DNA of 64,000 nt from Spirochaetia bacterium. Lineage in GTDB: Bacteria; Spirochaetota; Spirochaetia; CADAEX01. The notes beneath the pieces are model-generated. The model searched no databases. It had not been told where the DNA came from and saw only the letters and a list, made by a program, of their open reading frames with translations. This document shows positions 11,084 to 21,280 of this stretch, one piece after another (position 1 is the stretch's first letter; every line of letters starts with the position of its first letter). The stretch is from the NCBI GenBank assembly GCA_963662265.2, contig CAXXHA010000008.1:1-64000 (forward strand), in the 5' to 3' direction. Position numbers and translations under genes: made by a program.

Positions 11084-12883
11084 TCATTTAAGAATCAAAC
11101 CAGCTGCAAGCACACCTTTCCCTGTATGTATTCCAACAGTTGAAGATATTTCCATTATATAATCAGCTTTTATCCCGGTTATTGTGTATATGTTTTCAGC
11201 AAATATTTCTGCTTCATCTCTGATACCTGCATGCACAACATTGTAGCAGTCTATTTCATCTTTATATTTATCTAAAATGTCAAATATTTTTTTCTTTGTT
11301 CCTTTTTGTGTAAATGCAGCTCCATATTTAATACTCCTGCCATAACGGTCAAGTGAAACAACAGGCTTCAGATTAAGAATTGCAGCAGCCATACCTTTCA
11401 TTGGACTGACCCTCCCCCCCCTTACCATGTATTTAAGAGTGGGAACACTTACATATATCCTGCTTTTTTTTATCCTTTCCAGCGTGCTGTTTATTATAGA
11501 ATCTGCAGGAACTTTATTTGCCGCATCAAGAGCTGCTTTGACTGCAACAAGTCCCTGTGCTGCCGAATTAAGCCTGCTGTCAATTATATTGATTTTATAC
11601 CCCTTTCCCCTCAGTTCTTTTGCGCAGTTTTCCATTATCTGCCATGTTCCACTCAGCTCTGAAGAGACTGTTATAACTATCACAGATTTGTAAATTGATA
11701 AAAGACTTAAAAACTTTTCCTTTACTTTTAAAGGATCAGGCAGTGATGTTGATAAATTGATTCTTGACTTTTCCATATTTGAATATAATTTTTTGCTATC
11801 AATATTGAGACGATCAATAAATATATTATCATCCCAGATAATATTGAGATTGATAGTATGAATTTGATACTTGTCAATAATATTCAGAGGGATGTCAGCA
11901 ATTGAATCTGTAACAATTGCAGTTTCAGATAAAGGATTACAATTTACATTATACTGCATAAACATATCATCAATTTTACTTTCAATAATTGTTCCATGTT
12001 TAGCAATATTATGAAACAACAGTACAGGATTATTTGTATGTATGTGTATTTTTAGTTTTCTACAGCTGCCAGAAAGAATCAGTGAATCCCCATATTTATT
12101 GAGATCCTCTGATATTTTTTTACTTTTTTGTTTTACATCTTTAATAAGTACTTCGGAGCAGTATCTGTAAATTATTTTTCCATTGCCTGAAAGATAATCA
12201 TTATCATGATCATCAAGAAAAACTGCTTCATTATAATCAGAAAGAAATCTTTTATTATCCGGAATAATTCCTGAAATTATCATATCAACTATACCTTCAA
12301 GAAATGAAACAAATCCAGAAGCCCCAGCATCGACAACATTTGCTTTTTTAAGAACAGGAAGCTGCTCTTTTGTTTTTTCCAGCGCATTATCAACAGCATA
12401 TCTGCTTTGAATAATCAGATCTTTAAAATCATGATACTTGTTGCTGAGTCGAGACATTTCCTCTGACCACACCATGATTACAGTTATAATTGTTCCTTCT
12501 ACAGGTTTATTTACAGCATGATATGTCTGTTCTGCAGCATTTTTGAGAGCTTCAGAAAAATCGTAAGTATTGATAGTTCGTAATTCTGAACAGGACTCTG
12601 AAAGAGAATTTATAAACTGGGATATAATTATTCCGGAATTTCCCCTGGCTCCGGAAAGCAATTTATCTGCAATCCTTTCCAATGTTTTCCCGGCAGAATA
12701 ATATACAGATTCAATCTGGAGCGCTGAAAAAAAAGTCTGAACCATGTTGGTTCCTGTATCCCCGTCCGGGACAGGAAAGAGATTTATGCTGTTAAGATAT
12801 TTCTTTTTCTTTAAAAGTTTGTAATAACCTGAAAGAAAGCAGTTGTATATCATGTACCCATTTAAATTAGTGCTTGGTTTCAT
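11084..12883 (-). CDS. DAK2 domain + DegV fusion (fatty-acid kinase-like)
   Basis: INLFPVPDGDTGTN, GARGNSG, VDAGA; DegV VTDS..D, LSGT, GGR. Confidence 0.9.
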   Translation of the reverse strand: MKPSTNLNGYMIYNCFLSGYYKLLKKKKYLNSINLFPVPDGDTGTNMVQTFFSALQIESVYYSAGKTLERIADKLLSGARGNSGIIISQFINSLSESCSELRTINTYDFSEALKNAAEQTYHAVNKPVEGTIITVIMVWSEEMSRLSNKYHDFKDLIIQSRYAVDNALEKTKEQLPVLKKANVVDAGASGFVSFLEGIVDMIISGIIPDNKRFLSDYNEAVFLDDHDNDYLSGNGKIIYRYCSEVLIKDVKQKSKKISEDLNKYGDSLILSGSCRKLKIHIHTNNPVLLFHNIAKHGTIIESKIDDMFMQYNVNCNPLSETAIVTDSIADIPLNIIDKYQIHTINLNIIWDDNIFIDRLNIDSKKLYSNMEKSRINLSTSLPDPLKVKEKFLSLLSIYKSVIVITVSSELSGTWQIMENCAKELRGKGYKINIIDSRLNSAAQGLVAVKAALDAANKVPADSIINSTLERIKKSRIYVSVPTLKYMVRGGRVSPMKGMAAAILNLKPVVSLDRYGRSIKYGAAFTQKGTKKKIFDILDKYKDEIDCYNVVHAGIRDEAEIFAENIYTITGIKADYIMEISSTVGIHTGKGVLAAGLILK

Positions 12884-13515
12884 AAATCCTTCCTACTAAC
12901 ATTTATATCAGGTTCTTTACCTGTAAAAATCCTGAGCAAGTTGTTTCGATGCCGAATAACTATGAGTATTGGGATAATCAGTGTAAATATTGTTATATAT
13001 AGATCCGGTCTGCTTTTCAGTATGATGTGTAGAATTCTGTAGCTTATCGGGACTGAAAGAGCTGTGATCATAGATGCTAGTGATATTTTTTTCAGAATAA
13101 CAACTGATGAGACAAAGATAAGTATTGATACTGGAAAAAGAGGAAGATATAGAGCAGTAAAAACTCCTGCTGATGCGGCAACACCCTTGCCACCTTTGAA
13201 TTTGAGCCATAAAGGAAAAATATGCCCGATAATAACTGAGCTCCCTGATATAATCATTATAATTGAAGTGTTATCTGGAAAAGGATTAAAAAGCCTGGAT
13301 ATAATGATTAAAGGGATAAATCCTTTAAAAAAATCAAAAATAAGGACAGTTAATCCTGCCTTTTTCCCTAAAACCCGCAAAGTATTTGCAGCTCCGGGAT
13401 TACCGCTGCCAAAATCCCTGATATCAATTGATTTAAGCAATTTTCCTGCAATATATGATGACGGGATAGATCCTGCAATATATGAAACTGAAATAACCAG
13501 TATGATAATGTTCAA
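12880..13515 (-). CDS. plsY: Glycerol-3-phosphate acyltransferase
   Basis: GSGNPGAAN, GHIFP, FKGGKGVA, RHRNN motifs. Confidence 0.93.
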   Translation of the reverse strand: MNIIILVISVSYIAGSIPSSYIAGKLLKSIDIRDFGSGNPGAANTLRVLGKKAGLTVLIFDFFKGFIPLIIISRLFNPFPDNTSIIMIISGSSVIIGHIFPLWLKFKGGKGVAASAGVFTALYLPLFPVSILIFVSSVVILKKISLASMITALSVPISYRILHIILKSRPDLYITIFTLIIPILIVIRHRNNLLRIFTGKEPDINVSRKDL

Positions 13516-14294
13516 TCCTCCAGACCTTTTTTGGGAGGCATTGGTATCAGAATATTTGTCTGTTTTTTATACTGCACAAAACCTGGATCTTTCCCCCATT
13601 TTTCATTCCATGATTTTTCAAGAAGCGGTATTCCGGTCACATAAAGAAGCAGTAAAGTTATAAACAGAGGTGATATGAAATATAAAAAATCGAGTCCATA
13701 AAAATAAGGTATACAAGTTATAGTTATTCCCCACCATACAAGGATTTCGCCAAAATAATTGGGATGTCGTGAATATTTCCATAGTCCTGTTGAAATAAAT
13801 CGCCCCTTGTTTTCAGGATTTTTTTTAAAAAAATATTTCTGGTTGTCAGCAACTGATTCGATGAGTAATCCCTTGAAGAATATTATAGTACCTAATATAA
13901 ACCATATCGTTATTTCTGAAAAAGATTTTTGTGTAAATGTAATTCCGTAAACAGGAAGTAACAGTATCCATACTGTTACAGCCTGCAGAAGCCAGAATGT
14001 TCCGAATTTGATAAAGCTATCCCGTTTATCATCAAACCTGTGATCAGTTTTCATAAATAATATTCGCCTGAAAAGATATATTCCAAGCCGGAGTGACCAT
14101 ATAATTACATAGATGGCAGGTAATATCTGGTAAACTGATATATCAGGATTACTATATAAACAATAAAAAGTAAGAAAGAAAAAACTGAGACTATATGTAA
14201 TATCTGTAAAAACATCAGTCTTCAGGATTGCGGCAAATATGAAAAATATTCCATTAAGAGAGAGGCTAATTATAAGTAATCGAATTAAATCCAT
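13512..14294 (-). CDS. DUF1295 / steroid 5-alpha-reductase-like membrane protein
   Basis: ESVADNQK and GLWKYSRHPNYFGE. Confidence 0.88.
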   Translation of the reverse strand: MDLIRLLIISLSLNGIFFIFAAILKTDVFTDITYSLSFFFLTFYCLYSNPDISVYQILPAIYVIIWSLRLGIYLFRRILFMKTDHRFDDKRDSFIKFGTFWLLQAVTVWILLLPVYGITFTQKSFSEITIWFILGTIIFFKGLLIESVADNQKYFFKKNPENKGRFISTGLWKYSRHPNYFGEILVWWGITITCIPYFYGLDFLYFISPLFITLLLLYVTGIPLLEKSWNEKWGKDPGFVQYKKQTNILIPMPPKKGLED

Positions 14295-14340
14295 TATTAT
14301 AATTATTATTTATCAGAGCTGTTTAGTCAAAAAATATTTC

Positions 14341-14439
14341 TATTGCCCGGTTGAGCTGTTTGACTGCCGCGACAGGGGTGGCGCGTGTTCCTGCACCTGC
14401 AAGAACTGTGACAAAAGGCAAATCTGCTCCAGCTGATTG
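14341..14439 (-). repeat. Terminal degenerate attC, interrupted by IS110/IS1111 (remaining TTA at 16008-16010)
   Basis: GTTGAGCTGTTTGACTG...AAATCTGCTCCAGCTGATTG matches the attC consensus; the TAAC end has decayed to TATT. Confidence 0.85.
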
Positions 14440-14511
14440 ATACTCATTAAGCCCCCTACCCGGGTGCGGTATAATTACCGTATAACAATAATTCACTCTG
14501 GAGGAAGCTTA

Positions 14512-15576
14512 ATGAGATTTTACAATTCTCAACATCAATTTTATGCCGGGATTGATTTGCATGCAAGAAAAATGTATATCTGCATTATCGATAATAACGG
14601 CAATAAGATCTTTCACAAAAACATGGATGCTAATCCAATGAATTTAATTCAGGTGCTCATCCCTTATAAAAACAACATCATAGTCGGAGTCGAATGTGTA
14701 TTTACCTGGTACTGGATTGCTGACTGCTTAGAAGATAACAACATACAATTTGTACTGGGCCATGCCTTATACATGAAAGCTATTCATGGCGGTAAAACTA
14801 AAAACGATAAAATCGATTCATTTAAAATTGCAACAATGATCCGTGGCGGAATGTTCCCTATGGCATATGTATATCCCCGCAAAATGAGAGCTGTAAGAGT
14901 TCTTTTACGGCGAAGGCAATATTTTATTCATCATCAGTCAGCATTACTTGCTCATATCCAGAATACAAATACACAATATAATTTAAGCAGTTTTGAAAAG
15001 AATATTCTGCATGCTTCTAACAGGCAAAATATCCAGAATCGATTTGAAAATACATATACAAGGAAAAGTATAGAGGCTGATATGGAACTTCTGGATTCAT
15101 ATCACAGGATTCTTATTGGCATTGAAGCTGATATTAGAAAGCATGCTGTTCATCATGATCCAGTATCTTATCATCTGTTAAGATCTGTTCATGGCATCGG
15201 ACCAATTCTATCACTGGTTATTCTCTACGAAATAAATGATATTAACAGATTTCCTGGTGTTGGTAATTTTATTTCATATGCAAGACTTGTTAAATGTTCT
15301 CATGAATCTGCAGGAAAAAGAGTAAGAGGCGGACATAATAAAATCGGGAATGCTCATCTTAAATGGGCTTTCAGCGAAGCAGCTGTTCTGTTCTTGCGGA
15401 ACAATGAACCGGCTAAAAAGATGCTGTAGCAGTTAAGTGCCAGATACGGCAAAGGGAAAGCTCTTTCATTAATTGCTCAAAAACTGGCAAGAACTGTTTA
15501 TTTTATACTCAAACGAAAAGAACCTTTTAATGCTGATAGATTTTTTAGGGATAGTGTACATGAGCCTGTCGTATAA
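14512..15576 (+). pseudogene. IS110 DEDD transposase with in-frame TAG at 15427
   Basis: GIDLH, KNDKIDS, GIGP, ESAG motifs; the frame continues ALSLIAQKLARTVY to TAA at 15576. Confidence 0.85.
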
Positions 15577-15990
15577 CTGGATCAATATGTGATGAGGTTG
15601 TTGATGACCTTTATTATTTGCAGCTATGACTGCCTATGGCCATCATACCCGTATATCATGAATCCCGTCTGTTTGATTAGACATGTACACTGATCCTTTT
15701 ACATATAAAAGAGCTGCAGGAAATATTACAGTGATCTGTCCTGTGCTGACCTGCCCAAGTAACTATAGCCGGTAAAACATCCGGACTTATCTTTTTGCAT
15801 CAGGCAGCATTCAGGTACCGAATTAATTCTACGGCATATTAATTATGACCGTCTATATGTGTTTGATACAGATCCACTTCTGTATAATTCTTTGAATCTC
15901 GAATTGGATGGCTTAATATCTCCGGCTCCTCTTTTCTCATCATTGGAAACGATAATTTTCGGGGCCGGATACTATTTTGTTATTGACTTA
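15577..15990 (+). ncRNA. Candidate bridge/seek RNA region of the IS1111-like element
   Basis: Position downstream of the transposase as in IS1111; contains ATATGTGAT, identical to the predicted circle junction. Confidence 0.5.
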
Positions 15991-16021
15991 CCGGGGGCTT
16001 ATATGTGTTATCTTCCTATTT

Positions 16022-17098
16022 TTATTTCTTTAATATTTCATATAACTTCTTGTTTATAAATATTTTTTCTTTTCCAAAAGCCTTTGATTCCAATATTCCT
16101 ATTTTTTCCAGTTGTGTTAAATATTTACTTGCAGTCCTTCTTTCTGCTATTTCATTTTTGACTAAAAAATCAATCTTAGTATATGGTTGCCTAAAAAGCA
16201 GTTCTATCAATTCTTTTGTATAAGTTGTTTTAGGAAGTTTTTCTTTACAAAATTCTATTGTTTCATCCATTAAATCTTTTATTGAACTTACGGTTTCTAA
16301 GGTTTCCAATGATGTCACTTCTATTGCTGTAAGCATAAACATTATCCAGTTTTCCCATTCATTTTTATCCCTTACATTTTGTAAGTATCTATAATAACTA
16401 TCTTTATTTCTTATAATATAACTACTTAAATACAATACAGGAGAATTTAATAATCCTTTTAAAACAAGATACAATACATTTATTATTCTTCCAGTCCTAC
16501 CATTTCCATCATAAAAAGGATGTATTGATTCAAATTGATAATGGATTATTGCTAATTTCATCAATGGATCTACTTCATTATCAATATTTATATATTCTTC
16601 TAAATTTTTTAATAAATCTCTTATAATTTTTTCATCATCCGGAGGAATATATACAACCTCACCGGTTGTATCATTCATCAATTGTGTCCCAGGTAATTTT
16701 CTTATTCCTGCTCTATTTTTCTCAAGACTTTCTTGAATTTCGACAATACTTTTAGTCGTTAAAATATTCTTCTGCAATATTAAATTATACCCTTTCCAAG
16801 TAGCTTCTCTATAATTTAATACTTCTTTTGTTGCAGCATCATATTTATTATCTTTTTTCAGCATTGCTTGATATATTTTATCTTGGGTAGTAATAATATT
16901 TTCTATCTCAGAACTTGCTTTTGCTTCTTTGAGTATGATTGTATCCAAAAGAATATTTTCATTTGGTATTGTAGAACAGTATCCATTCAATTTTGCTAAT
17001 GCTTTGTTAGCTTTTATTGCTTTACGGAGGATTTTTACACTTTCTATATCCTCTTTTGGCGGTAAAAATGGTAAATCATTATTTGCTATTTTAGTCAT
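16022..17098 (-). CDS. Fic family protein (cassette)
   Basis: HPFYDGNGRTGR motif; EAKASSEIEN. Confidence 0.92.
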   Translation of the reverse strand: MTKIANNDLPFLPPKEDIESVKILRKAIKANKALAKLNGYCSTIPNENILLDTIILKEAKASSEIENIITTQDKIYQAMLKKDNKYDAATKEVLNYREATWKGYNLILQKNILTTKSIVEIQESLEKNRAGIRKLPGTQLMNDTTGEVVYIPPDDEKIIRDLLKNLEEYINIDNEVDPLMKLAIIHYQFESIHPFYDGNGRTGRIINVLYLVLKGLLNSPVLYLSSYIIRNKDSYYRYLQNVRDKNEWENWIMFMLTAIEVTSLETLETVSSIKDLMDETIEFCKEKLPKTTYTKELIELLFRQPYTKIDFLVKNEIAERRTASKYLTQLEKIGILESKAFGKEKIFINKKLYEILKK

Positions 17099-17370
17099 AT
17101 ACCTCTCAATATGTACACGTTTTACTAATTATAGCACATATTATTGTTTTAATGTACACGTTTTTCATTTTATTGCACATTAAGTTGTTTTCATGTGCAA
17201 GGCATGTACATGACATTTGGGACTAAATAGCACTTATCCTACCAATATTTAAGGGATTAATTTTCATTTTTTTCTCTTATTATTTCTTTTTTGCAATATT
17301 TCAGTAATTCTAACTGTAAACATACTCCTTGGATTTTTATAAATGTAGCTACTGGATTATATCTTCTGTG

Positions 17371-17470
17371 TAACGCCCAGTTGAGCTGTTTGACTGTCCC
17401 GGAGGGTTGGCGCGTGTTCTTGCTCTGCAAGAACCGTGACAAAAGTCAAATCTGCTCTAACTGATTGTTA
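17371..17470 (-). repeat. attC (standard ~100 bp class)
   Basis: TAAC...GTTA palindrome. Confidence 0.92.
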
Positions 17471-17519
17471 TGTTGAATCATTTATCTAATTTATTATTCA
17501 TTTTGAATATATAAAATGT

Positions 17520-18161
17520 CTAATGATTAGTCTTATCATATATTACCCAACGAACACTATTATTAATATTATCATATTCTTTAATTTTATTAATAATAGA
17601 CTTCCTATGTCCAACACCACACATAAAAATTGCTGATTGGAAAGTATTATCATTGCAATATGACTCAATATTCCTAAGCATAGAATTCTCATAGTTATCA
17701 ATATCATGATCAAATATTTCATCAATTTCTTTATTATTGAGAAATTGGTCACAAATACTTCGTTGTTTTTCTTCTAAATATATAGCTTCATCACTATTTA
17801 ATAAATCAAATCCTTTTTCTATTATTAATTCATTATATCTATCAATGAAATTTTGAATATCTTTATTTGAATCCACTATACTAAATTTATTATTGAAAGA
17901 ATTCATTAAATAAGTATCTAATACTGGATAATATTTAAAATTGTTTGTACGGCTGTATTTTTGAATAGCTTGTATTTCCAATTTTTGATGAGGGATATTG
18001 AACTTATTAAACATCATTTTTTCATAATTAGAATATGTACTTTCTAACGCTTCTAAAAATATTACATCTGGTTTTATACGTTCAATAATATCTAATAATG
18101 CATCTGAATTACATTTTCCCATTTCTTTATGAATTGTACTAATAAAAGAAATCTTATTCAT
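17520..18161 (-). CDS. Hypothetical cassette protein (weak TraB/ChaN-like motifs)
   Basis: KPDVIFLE and MCGVGHR; RBS GGAG. Confidence 0.65.
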   Translation of the reverse strand: MNKISFISTIHKEMGKCNSDALLDIIERIKPDVIFLEALESTYSNYEKMMFNKFNIPHQKLEIQAIQKYSRTNNFKYYPVLDTYLMNSFNNKFSIVDSNKDIQNFIDRYNELIIEKGFDLLNSDEAIYLEEKQRSICDQFLNNKEIDEIFDHDIDNYENSMLRNIESYCNDNTFQSAIFMCGVGHRKSIINKIKEYDNINNSVRWVIYDKTNH

Positions 18162-18214
18162 ATTAATTCTCCATAGAGTATTTAATATATTTCATTCACA
18201 TATGAGTTTTTTTA

Positions 18215-19258
18215 TCATATTTTTTTGTGTGTATTTAAGCTTCTATAAATATTCCACAAATATACTGAATAGCATAACGGGGCATGATTTGATATTTTTA
18301 TTTCTTTCGTTTTCAAAAAGATTCTTTTTAGTTTTTTTAGCAATCTACTAACAGATGTAACAGGTGATAAATGTGTTTTATTATTTATATCGGTTAAATC
18401 AATAATTTTCAAAAACATGCTTTTATCTTTATCAAAAATAATATCTATAATCTTAGAGGTTATTGTTATTGAACTTGTAAATTGATTGTCAGGAAATGTT
18501 ATTTCAGTTACTAATGATTTATGCTTATCAATGAATTTGGTTGTTCCATGATGTACATATTCTTTTTGTATTTTATCGCTAAAAGAAGGGGGAAGAAGTG
18601 TAATTAGATCACCATAATTTACTATTCGATATGTTTTTTGCATAAGACTATTTGCAAAGTCTAAATTTCCAACCATTGGGGCTCCGAATGTATAAAGAGA
18701 ATGAATATTTTTAAATGAAGCTGCTGCCAAACTCGCAACAGCTGCTCCAAGGCTATGGCCTGTAAACCAATATTTCATTTCTGGATTTTTTTCCTGTAAA
18801 TAATATAGATATTCTTTAAATCCAGAATCTACATTCCAAATATCTTTAAAAGCGCTATAAAAACCGTAATGTACTTTCCCTCCCTCACTAAAATCAGTTA
18901 GTTTTATACTTAGATTATCAACTAAATCAATAAATAAATCAGTGCTTTTAGTTGCGGTTCCTCTAAAAGCAACAATTGCAAAATCAGATGTATTTGCAAC
19001 AAAACATTTACACTTATAACTTTCAAAAAACCGAAAAGATTTGATTCCCGCCTGACTTACTTGAGATTTTATGAAATCCGGAGGAGTATATGATAAAAAA
19101 GAACATTCTGCGAGCCACCAAGCATTTACTAAACTAAATTCTTTTTCATTTGCTCGAAAGGGATGTTTTTTACAATTTTCAAAATATTTATATTTCAAAT
19201 TAGGTGAGAAAATATTTCGTTTAGATTTCAGTATAAACTTTCTATTAGCTATTTTCAA
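18215..19258 (-). CDS. Class 3 lipase
   Basis: VAFRGT, VHYGF, TGHSLG, YTFGAP. Confidence 0.9.
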   Translation of the reverse strand: MKIANRKFILKSKRNIFSPNLKYKYFENCKKHPFRANEKEFSLVNAWWLAECSFLSYTPPDFIKSQVSQAGIKSFRFFESYKCKCFVANTSDFAIVAFRGTATKSTDLFIDLVDNLSIKLTDFSEGGKVHYGFYSAFKDIWNVDSGFKEYLYYLQEKNPEMKYWFTGHSLGAAVASLAAASFKNIHSLYTFGAPMVGNLDFANSLMQKTYRIVNYGDLITLLPPSFSDKIQKEYVHHGTTKFIDKHKSLVTEITFPDNQFTSSITITSKIIDIIFDKDKSMFLKIIDLTDINNKTHLSPVTSVSRLLKKLKRIFLKTKEIKISNHAPLCYSVYLWNIYRSLNTHKKI

Positions 19259-20539
19259 TTATTTATTTTTCTCTCCATTATATTTTTATTTTTCTGACTC
19301 TTTAAGGAACAACATAAGCAATTAATCGTACAGCAAAGGACATCACTTTTTTGAGCAATAAAGGACATCGCTTACACTTCTAAAGGGACATCCTTTACAC
19401 TCTCATAACGTAATTATAATCCAGAATATCAGATACTTTAAGCTCTTTTTCATCCAAATAACCAAGAAAAAAGTTCCTGTAATATATCCTGAATATCCCG
19501 TTTCCAAGCTCTTCAAGCCCTATGTTTTTACCCATTAAAGCAGTTGATACAAATATCCAGTTTGCCTTCCCTATCCTGATCGCTCCATTCCTACAGACAT
19601 ATCTCACTTTGTAATCCGCGGGGTAATCCCAGTTTCTGATTACTTCAGGGTACTCTCTTTCTGACACCTCATGCACACTTGCTGCAGTCATTTTTCCAAG
19701 TACCTGATAGGGTCTTACTTCATTATATTCATAGATGAATTTATTAAGTTTTCTCTGCTGTGCCTGAAGGTTTTTCCCTGGCGGTCTTGTTGCTTCACCT
19801 TTCAGTTCCCGGTGCATTCTTTCATGTCTTCCGTTATGTTCCGGATGTCCAGGATCTGAATACACCGGCATTACTCCTATATCCAAAAGCCATACTGCAA
19901 AATTTGTAAGTCTACCGAGAGCATGAATACTACCAAAAGGTGCTCCATTATCTGTATGTAATTGCTCTGGAAGCCCATATTTTCGGAAAGTTTTGATAAA
20001 AACAGGCTTAGATTGCTTTGTATTAGCGTATAAAAGCCCTTTTGCGGCAAGAATATACCTTGAATATGAATCAGCTATTGTTAACGGGTAACAGTACTGA
20101 CCGTTCTTCATTTTAAACTTACCCTTGAAATCAGCACTCCACACTTCATTCGGTGTCTGTGGATCAAAGATCGGTTTCTGCATTTCTATTTTTTTATGCC
20201 GTCTTCTCTTCTTGATTAAATCATTATCTTTCAGGATTCTGTTTCCAGTTGTAGCGCTTGGTAGTTTTTCATAATTTCCTGATTTTTCAAGAATATCAAT
20301 TATTACACCTGCTCCCCATCTGGGATGCTTTTTTCTTAATTCTATTATTGCTTCTTCTATTTCTTTTGGTGTTTTATTCGGATGGTTATGCGGGTTTCTA
20401 GTCTCTTCTTCAAGGCCTTTGTATCCCTGCTTTACAAAGCGCTCCAGGTACTTATAAGCAATAGTCCTGCTTATGTTGGAAATGGCAAGTCATTTTCCCC
20501 ACATTTAGGAAATTAAAAATCCCCCACCTGCAGAAAAAA

Positions 20540-21280
20540 TTATACCCCCTTTTTCTCCTGAATTCTATATGAATCTCCCTCAAGGGAGAAAACATGCGCA
20601 TGATGTAAAAGCCTATCAAGCATTGCTGTTGTCATGATTTCATCACCCATCATTTCAGACCACTGATCAAAACCTTTATTTGAAGTAATTATTACTGACG
20701 ATCTTTCATAGAGTTCGCTGATAAGATTAAAAAAAAGATTGGCCTCTTTTCTGTCGATAGGCGTATAGCCTATTTCATCAATAATTAGTAACGAAGATCT
20801 GAGAATCCTGTTTATTCTGAATGAACTTGATCTCATAGTTTCCATTGTTTTCAACAGTTTTATTAGTGAAGTTATCCTTTCAAAACAGACAGTGTATCCG
20901 GCTTCAATTGCCTTGTACCCGAGAGCAATTGATAGATGTGTTTTCCCAAGGCCGGGAGGTCCAAAGAACATGATATTTTCAGATTTATCTATCCACCTGA
21001 AATCCTTGAGATTATTTAACTGTTCTTCAGTTATCCCTTTTATTCTTGAAAAATTGAATGTCTCAAGTTCCTTAATTACAGGAAAATGGGCACCTGTAAG
21101 ATTTCTATGAAGACGTCTTTCATTTCTGAAATGTACTTCTTCTGTAAGAAGGATGCTTAAAAAATCAAGATGAGATATTTTCTCCTTTGTTGCTTTTTCA
21201 AGTGCCTCATCAAGATTAACAGATATTCCTTTAAGCTTTAGACTATCAAGTATTCCTGTACAGTAATCAAAACAGCTCAT
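20540..21280 (-). CDS. istB: IS21 helper ATPase
   Basis: GPPGLGKTHL, LIIDEIGY, DRLLHH. Confidence 0.95.
   Translation of the reverse strand: MSCFDYCTGILDSLKLKGISVNLDEALEKATKEKISHLDFLSILLTEEVHFRNERRLHRNLTGAHFPVIKELETFNFSRIKGITEEQLNNLKDFRWIDKSENIMFFGPPGLGKTHLSIALGYKAIEAGYTVCFERITSLIKLLKTMETMRSSSFRINRILRSSLLIIDEIGYTPIDRKEANLFFNLISELYERSSVIITSNKGFDQWSEMMGDEIMTTAMLDRLLHHAHVFSLEGDSYRIQEKKGV

Larger units (their letters stand above)
14440..16007 (+). mobile_element. IS110 family, IS1111-like insertion sequence
   Basis: Subterminal IRs TAAGCCCCC (14448-14456) and GGGGGCTTA (15993-16001); TG at both junctions; long non-coding region after the transposase. Confidence 0.88.

Noticed and set aside
13064-13663. 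199 aa plus-strand ORF
   Set aside because: Antisense shadow of plsY with no recognisable motifs.
18161-18215. Missing attC between the two ORFs
   Set aside because: No palindrome or remnant is visible; treated as a two-gene cassette.
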